Source: a virus
Lineage: Duplodnaviria > Caudoviricetes
IMG/VR virus record: IMGVR_UViG_2974602649_000001
Coordinates: 39,219 to 103,218 of that record
Direction: 5' to 3' (one strand)
DNA length: 64,000 nucleotides
Position numbers and translations under genes: made by a program. How positions within the stretch are numbered: the first letter of the stretch is position 1; the number at the start of each line of letters is the position of its first letter. The notes beneath the pieces are model-generated. The model made no database searches, was not told where the DNA came from, and saw only the letters and a list, made by a program, of their open reading frames with translations. Below, in pieces: positions 6,590-15,885 of the stretch.

Positions 6590-8068
6590 ATGTCTAACAT
6601 TGTCCGCCCCCAATCGCCATTCCAAGTTAAGTACCTAAACAGCAACGCAAAGATTCTTGTTGTTGGTGGTGCAGCAGGTAGCTCTAAGAGTTACGTAGGC
6701 TTGATGAGACATTTGCGATGGGCAGAAGATCCGCTGTATAATGGTTACTGTATCCGTAAAAACAGTAACACTTTGATGAAAGCAGGTGGCTTGTTCCAAG
6801 AAGCAATCGCCCTGTATTCCAAAGTATATCCAAATCTCACAGTTCGTTGGAAAGACCAACGTATTGTTTTCCCTTCTGGTGCATCTGTAACGTTTGCTCA
6901 CTATGAGAACGACGCAGCGTATATGCAATACCAAGGGCTTCAGTTGTCTAACGTCTTCTATGATGAGGCAACACACGCAAGTGAAGAACACATCTGGTGG
7001 TTGGTATCTCGACTGCGTACAGCAGCGAACGTTAACCCCGGAATTTGGCTATCCTGTAACCCTGATCCTGACAGTTTCCTGTTTGACTGGGTTAAGTGGT
7101 GGCTCTACCCTGAAGGTCATCCTCAACACGGTATTGCTGATCCTGAGAAGAACGGTGTAACTCGTTACTGCCTTCGAATCAATGGTGATATGGTCTGGGG
7201 AGATACGCCGGAAGAACTTACTTCCAAGTACGGGGAAGACAAGAAACCAATTGCATTCCAAGTGTTGCTGGGAACCTTGATGGACAACCCAACACTTATG
7301 GAGATGCAGCCAGAGTACAAATCAAACCTTGAAGCACTTCCAGAAGTTGAGATGCGTAGATTGCTTCTCGGTGACTGGACTGCCCGTGAGGAAGGTAGCA
7401 CATACTTCCAGCGGTCATGGTGTGGCGAAGAAGCACTGATGGAACCTCCTAAGTCTGAGATTGTTCGTACAGTACGAGCATACGACTTTGCTGGTACATT
7501 GAAGTCTAGTGCAAACCCAAGTCCTGACTATACAGCCTGTGTAAAAATTAGCAAGTTGAAGAACGGTAATTACTTCGTCCATGATGTACAACGTACACGT
7601 ATCCTTTACGGTGATTGGGAGAAATTCATTCTCGACAACGCAGCAAGGGACGGCAGAGACTGTGACATCATCATCCCGCTTGACCCGGGTGCTTCTGCAA
7701 AGCTTTCAACATCGCTTCTGACCCGTGCTATCAGTGAACGTGGTTATCGTATCAGGACCATGCGAGCAACGCAAGCTAAACTTGATCGATTCCGACCATT
7801 CAGTTCCTTAGCGATGAACGGTCACGTACAGTTCCTCAAGGGTTGTGCATACGACTTTGAGAACAACATTGAAGCGAACAACACATTTATGTACCGAGAG
7901 CTTGAAGCTTTCAATGGTAAGAAACGAAGTGGTGAATCTGGTCACGATGACATTTGTGACGCCATTAGTGACGCCATTGGTATCCTTGCTCAACGTCAAG
8001 CAATTCCAAGCATGGTGCATGCTCTTACGAGCACACGCCTTTCCCACAGTACCCCTTTCGATAATTAA
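6590..8068 (+). CDS. terL: Terminase large subunit
   Basis: PQSPFQ adenine motif, GGAAGSSKS Walker A, YQGLQ...FYDEATH Walker B, SCNPD, RAYDFA and HDDICDA nuclease motifs. Confidence 0.96.
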   Translation: MSNIVRPQSPFQVKYLNSNAKILVVGGAAGSSKSYVGLMRHLRWAEDPLYNGYCIRKNSNTLMKAGGLFQEAIALYSKVYPNLTVRWKDQRIVFPSGASVTFAHYENDAAYMQYQGLQLSNVFYDEATHASEEHIWWLVSRLRTAANVNPGIWLSCNPDPDSFLFDWVKWWLYPEGHPQHGIADPEKNGVTRYCLRINGDMVWGDTPEELTSKYGEDKKPIAFQVLLGTLMDNPTLMEMQPEYKSNLEALPEVEMRRLLLGDWTAREEGSTYFQRSWCGEEALMEPPKSEIVRTVRAYDFAGTLKSSANPSPDYTACVKISKLKNGNYFVHDVQRTRILYGDWEKFILDNAARDGRDCDIIIPLDPGASAKLSTSLLTRAISERGYRIRTMRATQAKLDRFRPFSSLAMNGHVQFLKGCAYDFENNIEANNTFMYRELEAFNGKKRSGESGHDDICDAISDAIGILAQRQAIPSMVHALTSTRLSHSTPFDN

Positions 8069-8077
8069 GGATGAGAG

Positions 8078-9613
8078 ATGGCTGAAACTAAAACTGAGAC
8101 AACCATCTCCCTGAAAACCGGAGGTGAGAAGATCCCTCCAATGGTGTATGGTCAGACAGGTTACACAGGTCTTACGACTCTTGGTGGTCAAGTATTTGAT
8201 GACTGTCACAAGGATCTACGCTGGCCCCGTGCCTACAAGACTTATCAGAAGATGGCGGATAACGTCATTATCGCCCCAGCCCTTGAGTACGTTGAGGGAA
8301 TGGTAGCAACAGCAAACTGGAAAGTCAAGATCCCGAAAGGTGTTCCAGCGGAACGGGAGAAAGAGCTACTTGCTCAACAGAAGTTCCTGAACGAATGTGT
8401 TGGTGACATGGATCACTCATGGACAGAGTTCATTAAGAACGCATTGACGTTCAACCGATATGGATTCAGCATCATTGAGATGAACCTTCGTTTCCGTAAC
8501 AAGAAATACGGTTCTCACTTTGAGGATGGTCTGGTTGGTATTGCATCTCTGTCTCCACGCTCTCAAGGTACAATCGTTGAATGGTGGTGGGGTGATAAAG
8601 GTCGTCGTATTGATGGTTTCGATCAACGTGTGATTATTCCTGCGGATGACAGTATCGCAATCAATGCTGGTTGGGAATTGCTGCGTCAGATGGAAACAAT
8701 GCAAACAGCTATCAAGTACATTCCGATGAAGAAGTGTTTGCACTTCCGTCACAATCCACAGAACGATAGTCCATCGGGTACTTCCCCGCTCAAAGCTGCA
8801 TATGAACCATGGAAATTGATTCAAGCTTACCAGTCCTCTGAAGCGATTGGTGTAGCCCAAGATAACAACGCATTTAAGATCCTGTTCCTCCCTCCTGAAT
8901 ACCTTCAGGAAAATGCTGATGAAGAGTACAAGCGTAGCTTCCAACTCTACCAGCAAATGATGGAACGAGCGCATCAAGCAAAACAAAGTGGCTTCATCCT
9001 CCCAATGCTCACTGATCCTGAAGGCAAGCGTATGTTTGACTTTGAGATTAAGAACATCTCGGGTACGAAGTCTTATGACGTTAACGCAATCATCGCACGT
9101 TATACACGAGAGATTCAAGTTGCCCTCTTCGCTGACGTACTGTCGCTGGGTGGTGGATCTGGTGGTTCTTACTCTCTGGCAGAGTCCAAGGTAAGCATCA
9201 TTGACCTCGCTGTGAAGTCTCGCCTCCAAGTAATTAAAGACCAGCTTGTCAAACTTGTCAAGACACTCTTTGAGCAAAACGGTTGGCCTACGGATATCAT
9301 GCCGTACTTTGACTTCGACGTTCCGAACGCAGAGACGTTGGATAACAAAGGCAAATTCTACCAGCGTGTTAAAGCTGTCGGTCTTATGCCAGTAGTACCT
9401 CAAGTTATCAACCACATCCTCGCTGATGCTGGTATTGATTACCAAGTACCAGACGACATGTCCACCGAGGAACTGATGAAGATTCTTGCCCCAGTTGGTG
9501 AGGCAATGCAGTCTGAAGCTGGTGGGGGAATGAAATCTGGAATGTCGAACAGTAATGGTTCTGGCACAGGTAAGAGTGGAGACTCTTCTGTCTCCAATAA
9601 AGATAACGTATAA
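8078..9613 (+). CDS. Portal protein
   Basis: Follows terL; YGFSIIEM, SPSGTSPL, GSYSLAESK motifs; 511 aa. Confidence 0.9.
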   Translation: MAETKTETTISLKTGGEKIPPMVYGQTGYTGLTTLGGQVFDDCHKDLRWPRAYKTYQKMADNVIIAPALEYVEGMVATANWKVKIPKGVPAEREKELLAQQKFLNECVGDMDHSWTEFIKNALTFNRYGFSIIEMNLRFRNKKYGSHFEDGLVGIASLSPRSQGTIVEWWWGDKGRRIDGFDQRVIIPADDSIAINAGWELLRQMETMQTAIKYIPMKKCLHFRHNPQNDSPSGTSPLKAAYEPWKLIQAYQSSEAIGVAQDNNAFKILFLPPEYLQENADEEYKRSFQLYQQMMERAHQAKQSGFILPMLTDPEGKRMFDFEIKNISGTKSYDVNAIIARYTREIQVALFADVLSLGGGSGGSYSLAESKVSIIDLAVKSRLQVIKDQLVKLVKTLFEQNGWPTDIMPYFDFDVPNAETLDNKGKFYQRVKAVGLMPVVPQVINHILADAGIDYQVPDDMSTEELMKILAPVGEAMQSEAGGGMKSGMSNSNGSGTGKSGDSSVSNKDNV

Positions 9614-9622
9614 GGAGGTATT

Positions 9623-11005
9623 ATGGCTGTACCACACTCGCTCGTAAGAGTTAAAAAGATGCTGACCAACACTCCACTGTTGGTTGATGCAACAACGTTT
9701 AATGAGATTGCCAATTATGTGAATAGTCGCATTGAGGGCAATGCTGACCTTCATCCTGACATGGTAAGTCGAGCAGACGTAGAGGGTGACTTCAAGTCCC
9801 GTTATATTGATGCTATCAAGCTTGGTGTTATGGAAATCTCTGGACCACTTACCTATCGAACATCTGGCTGGGAAGCCATGTGTGGTGGTACAAGTTATGA
9901 GATGCTGAAAGGTCAAATGGAATACTTTGTGAGTCAAGGTGCCAAGACTGTAGCGATGTATGCTGACAGTGGTGGTGGCCAAGCTCACGGTATGATCGAC
10001 AGTGCAAACTACATTCGAAAACTTGCTGATGAGAACGGCATTAAGATTGTAGCATTTGTTGATGGTATCAGTGCTTCTGCTTGCTATGGACTAACATCCA
10101 TTGCTGATGAAATCGTCATGACTTCTGACTCTCAAGTTGGTTCGATTGGTGTATTGATTCAACTGTACAACGATAGCAAGGCGCTTGAGAAAGCGGGCTA
10201 TGAACGTACTTTCATTACAGCAGGCGCTGATAAAGTTCCATTCGATAATGATGGTGCATTCACTCAATCGTTCCTTGATGGTCTTCAGGCTCAAGTTGAT
10301 GAACTGTACGAAGGTTTCACTGCTCACGTAGCTAATCATCGTGCAATGAGTCAAGACGCAGTTAAAGGTACAGAGGCAAACGTCTTCATGGCGAAAGAAG
10401 CTCTTAAGCTTGGACTTGCTGACAGTATTATGACTGCTGAAGAATTCAATGAATATATTGGCAATGTAGCCGCAAGTAATATACAGGGGAATGACGTATC
10501 CGTGAAAAGCATTCTAAATATGAACTCAACTCAAGAGGTAACTGAAATGGCAACCGTAGCCGAACTTACTGATCAACTGGCTCAGGCACACGCCACAATT
10601 GAAGCCAATGCAAATGCTCTGGCAACTGTAACTGAGCTGACATCGAAGCTGGCTGCTGCAACTGCCATGCTGGAAGCCACACAAGAAAAAGTAGCTGCAA
10701 TGGAAACTGCTGCCGCTGCAACCAAACTGGAAGGTCGTAAAGCTGCTCTGGCTGAAGTACTGCCAACCGATCAAGTCGAAGCCAAACTTGCCTCTTACGG
10801 TAGTCTGGACGACGCAACGTTCTCTTTCATCGTAGGTGAATTGCAAGCTGCCAAAGACGCTCGTGCTGCTTCGTTTGGTCCTATTGGTTCGGAGAACGCC
10901 CAACTCACTGATGAAGCTTCTGATGAAGACGAAGGTGACAAAGCTGATGCTGGTTACACAGCACTGTTGGAAGCTGGCAAAGCTGCTGCTGCTCGCCTGC
11001 GCTAA
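9623..11005 (+). CDS. S49-family prohead protease with C-terminal scaffold
   Basis: DSGGG, ASACY, VGSIGV; Ala/Glu-rich coiled-coil C-terminus. Confidence 0.92.
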   Translation: MAVPHSLVRVKKMLTNTPLLVDATTFNEIANYVNSRIEGNADLHPDMVSRADVEGDFKSRYIDAIKLGVMEISGPLTYRTSGWEAMCGGTSYEMLKGQMEYFVSQGAKTVAMYADSGGGQAHGMIDSANYIRKLADENGIKIVAFVDGISASACYGLTSIADEIVMTSDSQVGSIGVLIQLYNDSKALEKAGYERTFITAGADKVPFDNDGAFTQSFLDGLQAQVDELYEGFTAHVANHRAMSQDAVKGTEANVFMAKEALKLGLADSIMTAEEFNEYIGNVAASNIQGNDVSVKSILNMNSTQEVTEMATVAELTDQLAQAHATIEANANALATVTELTSKLAAATAMLEATQEKVAAMETAAAATKLEGRKAALAEVLPTDQVEAKLASYGSLDDATFSFIVGELQAAKDARAASFGPIGSENAQLTDEASDEDEGDKADAGYTALLEAGKAAAARLR

Positions 11006-11033
11006 TTTATCAACCTATAAGAGGATTTAACTA

Positions 11034-11489
11034 ATGGCTTTCCAAAACATTACTCTGTTGAAGCGTCTGTCTGACCTGCTGATTGGTCACTACATCAACA
11101 ACTTCAACAACGAAGATGCAAACATTACTCCGCCAGCCGCTTCTGCTCCACTGAAACTGGGCACTGTTGTTTTCCGTGCTAAAGGTGGTGATAAGGCTGC
11201 TCCGTGGGCTGTGATTTCCGCACCTGCTGATGTAGACACCGCTAACGAGTTCGCCATCGTACTGGGTGACCAGTGGGCTTACGCACAAGACTTCGTACCT
11301 AAGGCAATCGCTGCTGGTAAGTTCAACGCTATCGTGATTAAGCGTGGTCCAGTTGAACTGAAAGAGTTCTATATCAAGCAGGAAAACGCAACTGCTGCTG
11401 GTGCTTCTTACGGCATCCTTCTGGAACTGCTGGGCGATCAAGGTCTGGTTGTTAAAGAAGACGTAACCAATCTGAAAGTTACTATCTAA
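11034..11489 (+). CDS. Head decoration protein
   Basis: Position between protease and capsid; size and LGTVV motif. Confidence 0.75.
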   Translation: MAFQNITLLKRLSDLLIGHYINNFNNEDANITPPAASAPLKLGTVVFRAKGGDKAAPWAVISAPADVDTANEFAIVLGDQWAYAQDFVPKAIAAGKFNAIVIKRGPVELKEFYIKQENATAAGASYGILLELLGDQGLVVKEDVTNLKVTI

Positions 11490-11553
11490 GTAACTTCGAA
11501 AACTTTGAGGGACGTTGTTCCCTCTACCTTTTAATTTATATAGGAGTATCTTC

Positions 11554-12654
11554 ATGGGTATCATGATTCTTGACAAAAATATCGACCGCCTGAGCCAAGG
11601 TAAATATGTCGAACTGACAGACATTCTGGTCGAACTGCCAACTAACATTAACATCCTCGACGGTCTGGGTCTGTTTGAGGAGCAGTACACTTCCCTGCGT
11701 AAGATCGAAATTCAACGCAGCCAGTACAGCAACCACCTGTTGAAAGACAAGAACTGGGAAGCACAAGCTGATACCCAAGTTGTCAAGCCAGTAAAAGGCT
11801 TCATTCAGGCTAAGATCCCGAACTTCCAACTGCAAGACGCGATCAAGCCACAGGATATCGAAGGTATCGCTACTGTAAACGATATTCTGGAAGCTGCTCA
11901 ACTGGAAACCGTGATGGATGTCCGTATTGAGAAACTGGCTCACATCAACAACACCTTCGACCTGACCATGGACGTTGCTAAGATGCAACTGCTGAAGCAC
12001 GGTACAGTGTACGCTCCATCGGGTACTCTGGCTACCAGCTACGGTGACACCATTGACTTCTATGAAGAAATGGGCGTTACTCGTCAGACTCACGATCTGA
12101 AGCTGACCGGTGCTAATGACCCGCGTAAGTCGGTTTCGGAACTGGTTCGTAAGATGCGCCTGAGCCTGCGTAACACTCCAACTCGCGGTAACTATCGTGA
12201 ACTGGTTGTTATGTGTGGTCGTGATCTGTTCGACGCTGTATACACCAACCCATTCGTTACCGACGCTGTTAAGTACTTCAATCAGGATCTGAACAAGCTC
12301 CTGCTGAAAACTCCAGACTCGGATAGCCGTTACGACTACAACTTCCGTAGCGTATCGCTGTGGGGCGTAACCTTCATTGACTGCTCTGTTGGTGGTTACG
12401 ATGACGTAGACGGTAACTTCGTACAGTGGATTGAGGACAACAAAGGCATCGCAGTTCCACTGGGTGTTCGCGGTATGTTCAAAACCTACTTCGCTCCAGC
12501 GATGACCTTCTCCAGCGTTAACCGCAAGTCGAAAGGTCGTTACTACTTCGAGCGTCTGAACGATGAAGACAACCTGATCCAGATGAAGGTTGAACACAAC
12601 TTCATGAACGTCCTGCTGTACCCAGCATCTGTGTTCGATATCACCTTCTCCTAA
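11554..12654 (+). CDS. Major capsid protein (lambda gpE-like)
   Basis: SD AGGAG before MGIMIL; LGLF, DFYEEMG, FKTYFAPA; strong codon bias; followed by a terminator. Confidence 0.93.
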   Translation: MGIMILDKNIDRLSQGKYVELTDILVELPTNINILDGLGLFEEQYTSLRKIEIQRSQYSNHLLKDKNWEAQADTQVVKPVKGFIQAKIPNFQLQDAIKPQDIEGIATVNDILEAAQLETVMDVRIEKLAHINNTFDLTMDVAKMQLLKHGTVYAPSGTLATSYGDTIDFYEEMGVTRQTHDLKLTGANDPRKSVSELVRKMRLSLRNTPTRGNYRELVVMCGRDLFDAVYTNPFVTDAVKYFNQDLNKLLLKTPDSDSRYDYNFRSVSLWGVTFIDCSVGGYDDVDGNFVQWIEDNKGIAVPLGVRGMFKTYFAPAMTFSSVNRKSKGRYYFERLNDEDNLIQMKVEHNFMNVLLYPASVFDITFS

Positions 12655-12668
12655 GTTGGTGACCCATT

Positions 12669-12701
12669 AAGGGCTGGCTTCGGCCAGCCTTTTTCGTTTT
12701 T
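12669..12701 (+). terminator. Intrinsic terminator after the capsid gene
   Basis: GGGCTGGC-TTCG-GCCAGCCT-TTTTCGTTTTT. Confidence 0.92.
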
Positions 12702-12712
12702 GAGGAGAAATT

Positions 12713-13144
12713 ATGGCACAAATGACAGATGATGAAAAGATTGCTTTCATCGCACTTATGCTCGGTGACATCCCGGGTGGTCCTTACTATCCGATGTTTA
12801 CACCTGAACAATACGCATCATTCCTTAAAGCATCAAGTGGTAACCTGAGTCGAGCAATCATGCTTGCTGCTCTATCAGCCAGTTATCAGTTAGCTGGTGA
12901 GTCTTCCCGGGAGACAATTGGTGAACTCAGTATTTCCAATAGCACTTCCTCAAACTACCTGAAGCTTCTCGACTTCCTTCAGAAAGAAGTTGGCAAGATT
13001 CCACCACAAAGCATGATGCCTTGGTTTGCTGGGATGAACGAACCTGATTGTAATAAACTTCTGAATTACCATCGTTGTGATAAAGATTGGGAAGAACGGT
13101 GGACATTCATCGGTGGACCTCCTAAACCTTGTGGGGATTGCTAA
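12713..13144 (+). CDS. Head-tail adaptor (putative)
   Basis: Synteny; helical N-terminus, ETIGELSIS. Confidence 0.7.
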   Translation: MAQMTDDEKIAFIALMLGDIPGGPYYPMFTPEQYASFLKASSGNLSRAIMLAALSASYQLAGESSRETIGELSISNSTSSNYLKLLDFLQKEVGKIPPQSMMPWFAGMNEPDCNKLLNYHRCDKDWEERWTFIGGPPKPCGDC

Positions 13145-13536
13145 TGGCTGACTTTCATGAACGAATGAGGAACATGGTAATTCGACAGCTTGGTATGGGC
13201 AAGGGTGGTAAAGGAAGCCCACTGACAATGACGGTTAAAGGTTCTGGTGTATTCAATCCAGCTACAGGCAAGGTTGAACGACAACCTGACACCGTTGTTA
13301 CAGGCAGTGCTGTTCGGGTTAACTACAAAGTATACAGTTACAAGGATGAAACAATCCAGCAAGGTGACTTCCAACTGTACATCTCACCAATCCTGATTAC
13401 CGGTGATGAGTGTCCAACACCTGTTCCAGAACAAAGAATGACATTCAATAACAAGCCAGTAACTATTGTTCGTGTAGAGCCATTCAATGACAACACAATG
13501 AACTGCGGCTGGAAAGTGCAGGCACGTTATGGATAA
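13144..13536 (+). CDS. Head closure/head-tail joining protein (putative)
   Basis: Synteny; FNPATG, IQQGD motifs. Confidence 0.72.
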   Translation: MADFHERMRNMVIRQLGMGKGGKGSPLTMTVKGSGVFNPATGKVERQPDTVVTGSAVRVNYKVYSYKDETIQQGDFQLYISPILITGDECPTPVPEQRMTFNNKPVTIVRVEPFNDNTMNCGWKVQARYG

Positions 13537-13972
13537 TTTCTTGGATACTATTTATGAGTGGGTTGAAAACACAGAGTCAAACATTGACAACGCGCTTCAG
13601 ACAATGGTACTATTAATTGGTAATAGTGTAGTTACCTTATCTCCGGTTGATACTGGTAGGTTCAAAGGAAACTGGCAACTTACCATTGGAGAAATGGCAG
13701 GTAACAGCCTTGTTAGGTATGATCCACAAGGTACAGCGGTTCTCAACGAAATGGCTCGGACAGTAACTCAATTCACTGCTGGCCAAATCGCATACATCCA
13801 GAACCATGTCCTTTATGGTAATGACCTTGAACACGGTCTGTATAACGGTCCAACTCAAAAAGTTACAGAGGAAGGTTACAGCCGACAAGCCCCTGAAGGT
13901 ATGGTTCAAATCACAGCATCTAAATTCCAAAAGATTGTAGCTGATGCAGTGAGACTATCTAAGGAGGTTTGA
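13529..13972 (+). CDS. HK97 gp10-like tail completion protein
   Basis: SPVDTGRFKGNW, LEHG, SRQAPEGMV. Confidence 0.85.
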   Translation: MDNFLDTIYEWVENTESNIDNALQTMVLLIGNSVVTLSPVDTGRFKGNWQLTIGEMAGNSLVRYDPQGTAVLNEMARTVTQFTAGQIAYIQNHVLYGNDLEHGLYNGPTQKVTEEGYSRQAPEGMVQITASKFQKIVADAVRLSKEV

Positions 13973-13973
13973 T

Positions 13974-14429
13974 ATGAGTCAGAACCTGATTCGCACGCTA
14001 ATCAATGCCCGAATGAATGCGGCTAACGCTGCTGGGCAAATCCTCACCAACCCGATCTACATTAACCACGATAACGAAGATCCTCTGAATCCAGAAGAGA
14101 TTGGGTATAACCCATATCTGGTAACAAAGCTTCTTCCATCTGATACATACACTGATGCACTTGGTGGTGACCTTATCACAAGGACAGGTGTGTATCATAT
14201 CAAGGTTAAAGTACCCTCCGCGTCTAATGCAGACCTATCGGGTGAAATCATTGATAACTTGTTTTCTTTGTTCCCAGTGGACACAGTTCTCAGTGAAAAA
14301 GATTCAACAGGAAAGATCACTTTCTCTGTGCAACTCATTTCCCCACTTCGACAGTATGGCGGTAAGCGTATTGACAACTGGTGGGTAGTCCCCTGTTCCT
14401 TTGAGTACAGGTCCGATACAATTAAATAA
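13974..14429 (+). CDS. Tail terminator protein (putative)
   Basis: Synteny; GVYHIKV...VPCSFEYR. Confidence 0.72.
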   Translation: MSQNLIRTLINARMNAANAAGQILTNPIYINHDNEDPLNPEEIGYNPYLVTKLLPSDTYTDALGGDLITRTGVYHIKVKVPSASNADLSGEIIDNLFSLFPVDTVLSEKDSTGKITFSVQLISPLRQYGGKRIDNWWVVPCSFEYRSDTIK

Positions 14430-14442
14430 GAGGATATAACAT

Positions 14443-15093
14443 ATGTCGTTCCAATTGCCAAACGGCTCTACTTTCGACTTCGCTGCCACCTACGGCACTG
14501 CTGTCACAGTAACTGCAATCTCTAACGCTTCGACTGCTGTTGCTACTGCTACTGGTCACTCTCTGGTGGAAGGTGACATTGTTGCCCTTACTTCGGGTTG
14601 GGTTCGACTGACTGGTCGTGCATTCCGTGTAGGTGCTGTAACTTCTGACACTTTCGAACTGGAAGGTGTTGATACCACTTCCACTCAACGTTACCCAGTT
14701 GGTACTTCCGCTGGTTCGGCTTCCAAAGTTCTGACTTGGGTTAACATCCCACAGATTACTGAAGTAGCTTCGGCTGGTGGTGAGCAGCAGTTCTATCAGT
14801 TCGGTTTCCTTGAGGAAGACGAAGATCGTCAGATCCCAACTACCAAGTCCCCTTCGACTCTGACACTGACTGTTGCGGATGACCCATCCCAACCATTCGT
14901 TCCAGTTGTTGAAGCCGCTGACGAACTGAAAGAGCAACGCATTCAGCGTCTGAACTTGGTTAACGGTGACATCATCCTGTACAACTCCATTGCTTCGATC
15001 ACGAACACCCCTTCGCTGACTCGTAACCAGTTGATGGTTCGTACAATCACTCTGGCTCAACAAGGTCGAGTAACCCGATACAAAGGCGCCTAA
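14443..15093 (+). CDS. Major tail tube protein (T1-like)
   Basis: LPNGST, SGWVRL, GGEQQF...FLE...IPTTKS. Confidence 0.92.
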   Translation: MSFQLPNGSTFDFAATYGTAVTVTAISNASTAVATATGHSLVEGDIVALTSGWVRLTGRAFRVGAVTSDTFELEGVDTTSTQRYPVGTSAGSASKVLTWVNIPQITEVASAGGEQQFYQFGFLEEDEDRQIPTTKSPSTLTLTVADDPSQPFVPVVEAADELKEQRIQRLNLVNGDIILYNSIASITNTPSLTRNQLMVRTITLAQQGRVTRYKGA

Positions 15094-15107
15094 GGCGTAA
15101 CCCTTAT

Positions 15108-15133
15108 GCCCTACCACTCGGTGGGGCTTTTTC
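15108..15133 (+). terminator. Intrinsic terminator after the tail tube gene
   Basis: GCCCTACC-ACTC-GGTGGGGC-TTTTTC. Confidence 0.85.
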
Positions 15134-15154
15134 ATTTCTATAGGAGATAAAATT

Positions 15155-15556
15155 ATGGCTAAGAGTTTTAAGATTCAACTTAACCCAACTTTCCAATCGG
15201 CAGTTGAAATCCCTCGTGTTGGTGGTGACCCTATGCGAGTAACATTCACCTTTAAAGCTTTCGACCGACTGGCTATGGCTCGAATCTTCGACAAGTGGAA
15301 AGAGCAAGGTGAAGAAATGCTCAAGCAGATGCGTGAAGACACTGAGAATGATAATCCATGGTCTATGGAGAAACTTACCACCAAGGAGATTGAATTGCAA
15401 GCCAGTCAACTGAAAGACGTTGTTGATGGTTGGGGATTCAGCGATGAGTTCAATGATGAAAATATTGAGGCATTGGTCGGTACTGCTGTCAGTGTAACAG
15501 ATGCGATCATGGAACAATACCATGAAGCTTATGCACGAGCACGCAAGGGAAACTAA
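15155..15556 (+). CDS. Tail assembly chaperone (gpG equivalent)
   Basis: NPTF..VEIP, GWGFSDEFNDEN, ends ARKGN. Confidence 0.88.
   Translation: MAKSFKIQLNPTFQSAVEIPRVGGDPMRVTFTFKAFDRLAMARIFDKWKEQGEEMLKQMREDTENDNPWSMEKLTTKEIELQASQLKDVVDGWGFSDEFNDENIEALVGTAVSVTDAIMEQYHEAYARARKGN
15547..15553 (+). other. Programmed -1 frameshift site G GGA AAC giving the G-T fusion
   Basis: Slippery heptamer just before the stop; the -1 frame is open into 15574..15885. Confidence 0.85.
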
Positions 15557-15573
15557 TAGGCGCCGCTCACAAG

Positions 15574-15885
15574 TTGTATGTGAGAGAAACATCGGTTCAC
15601 CAAGCAGGCATGTTCGGTCTTACACTTGAGGAACTTCCACAGGAAGACTACCTCATTTGGGATTGTAACTGGCCTGCTTTCGATGTATTCAGCAACATGG
15701 CCACACAGTGGCGTGTTGGATTTAACGGTGCCATTGGTCTTGATTACAACGCAATCCCCTTCACGGCAAAGTGTCTAGGATACAAAAACAAACAAGTTAA
15801 AGCAATGTTCCCTGACCTACAAGTGATGGAGAACGAAGCACTCATCACTATGGGGGAGAATCAGAAAAATGCCGACAATCGCTGA
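15574..15885 (+). CDS. Tail chaperone gpT part (DUF1799-like), reached by frameshift
   Basis: TQWRVG..GAIGLDY...LQVME; no SD of its own. Confidence 0.85.
   Translation: MYVRETSVHQAGMFGLTLEELPQEDYLIWDCNWPAFDVFSNMATQWRVGFNGAIGLDYNAIPFTAKCLGYKNKQVKAMFPDLQVMENEALITMGENQKNADNR

Noticed and set aside
15547-15553. Tail chaperone frameshift as a novelty
   Set aside because: Real but well known in long-tailed phages; listed as a feature only.
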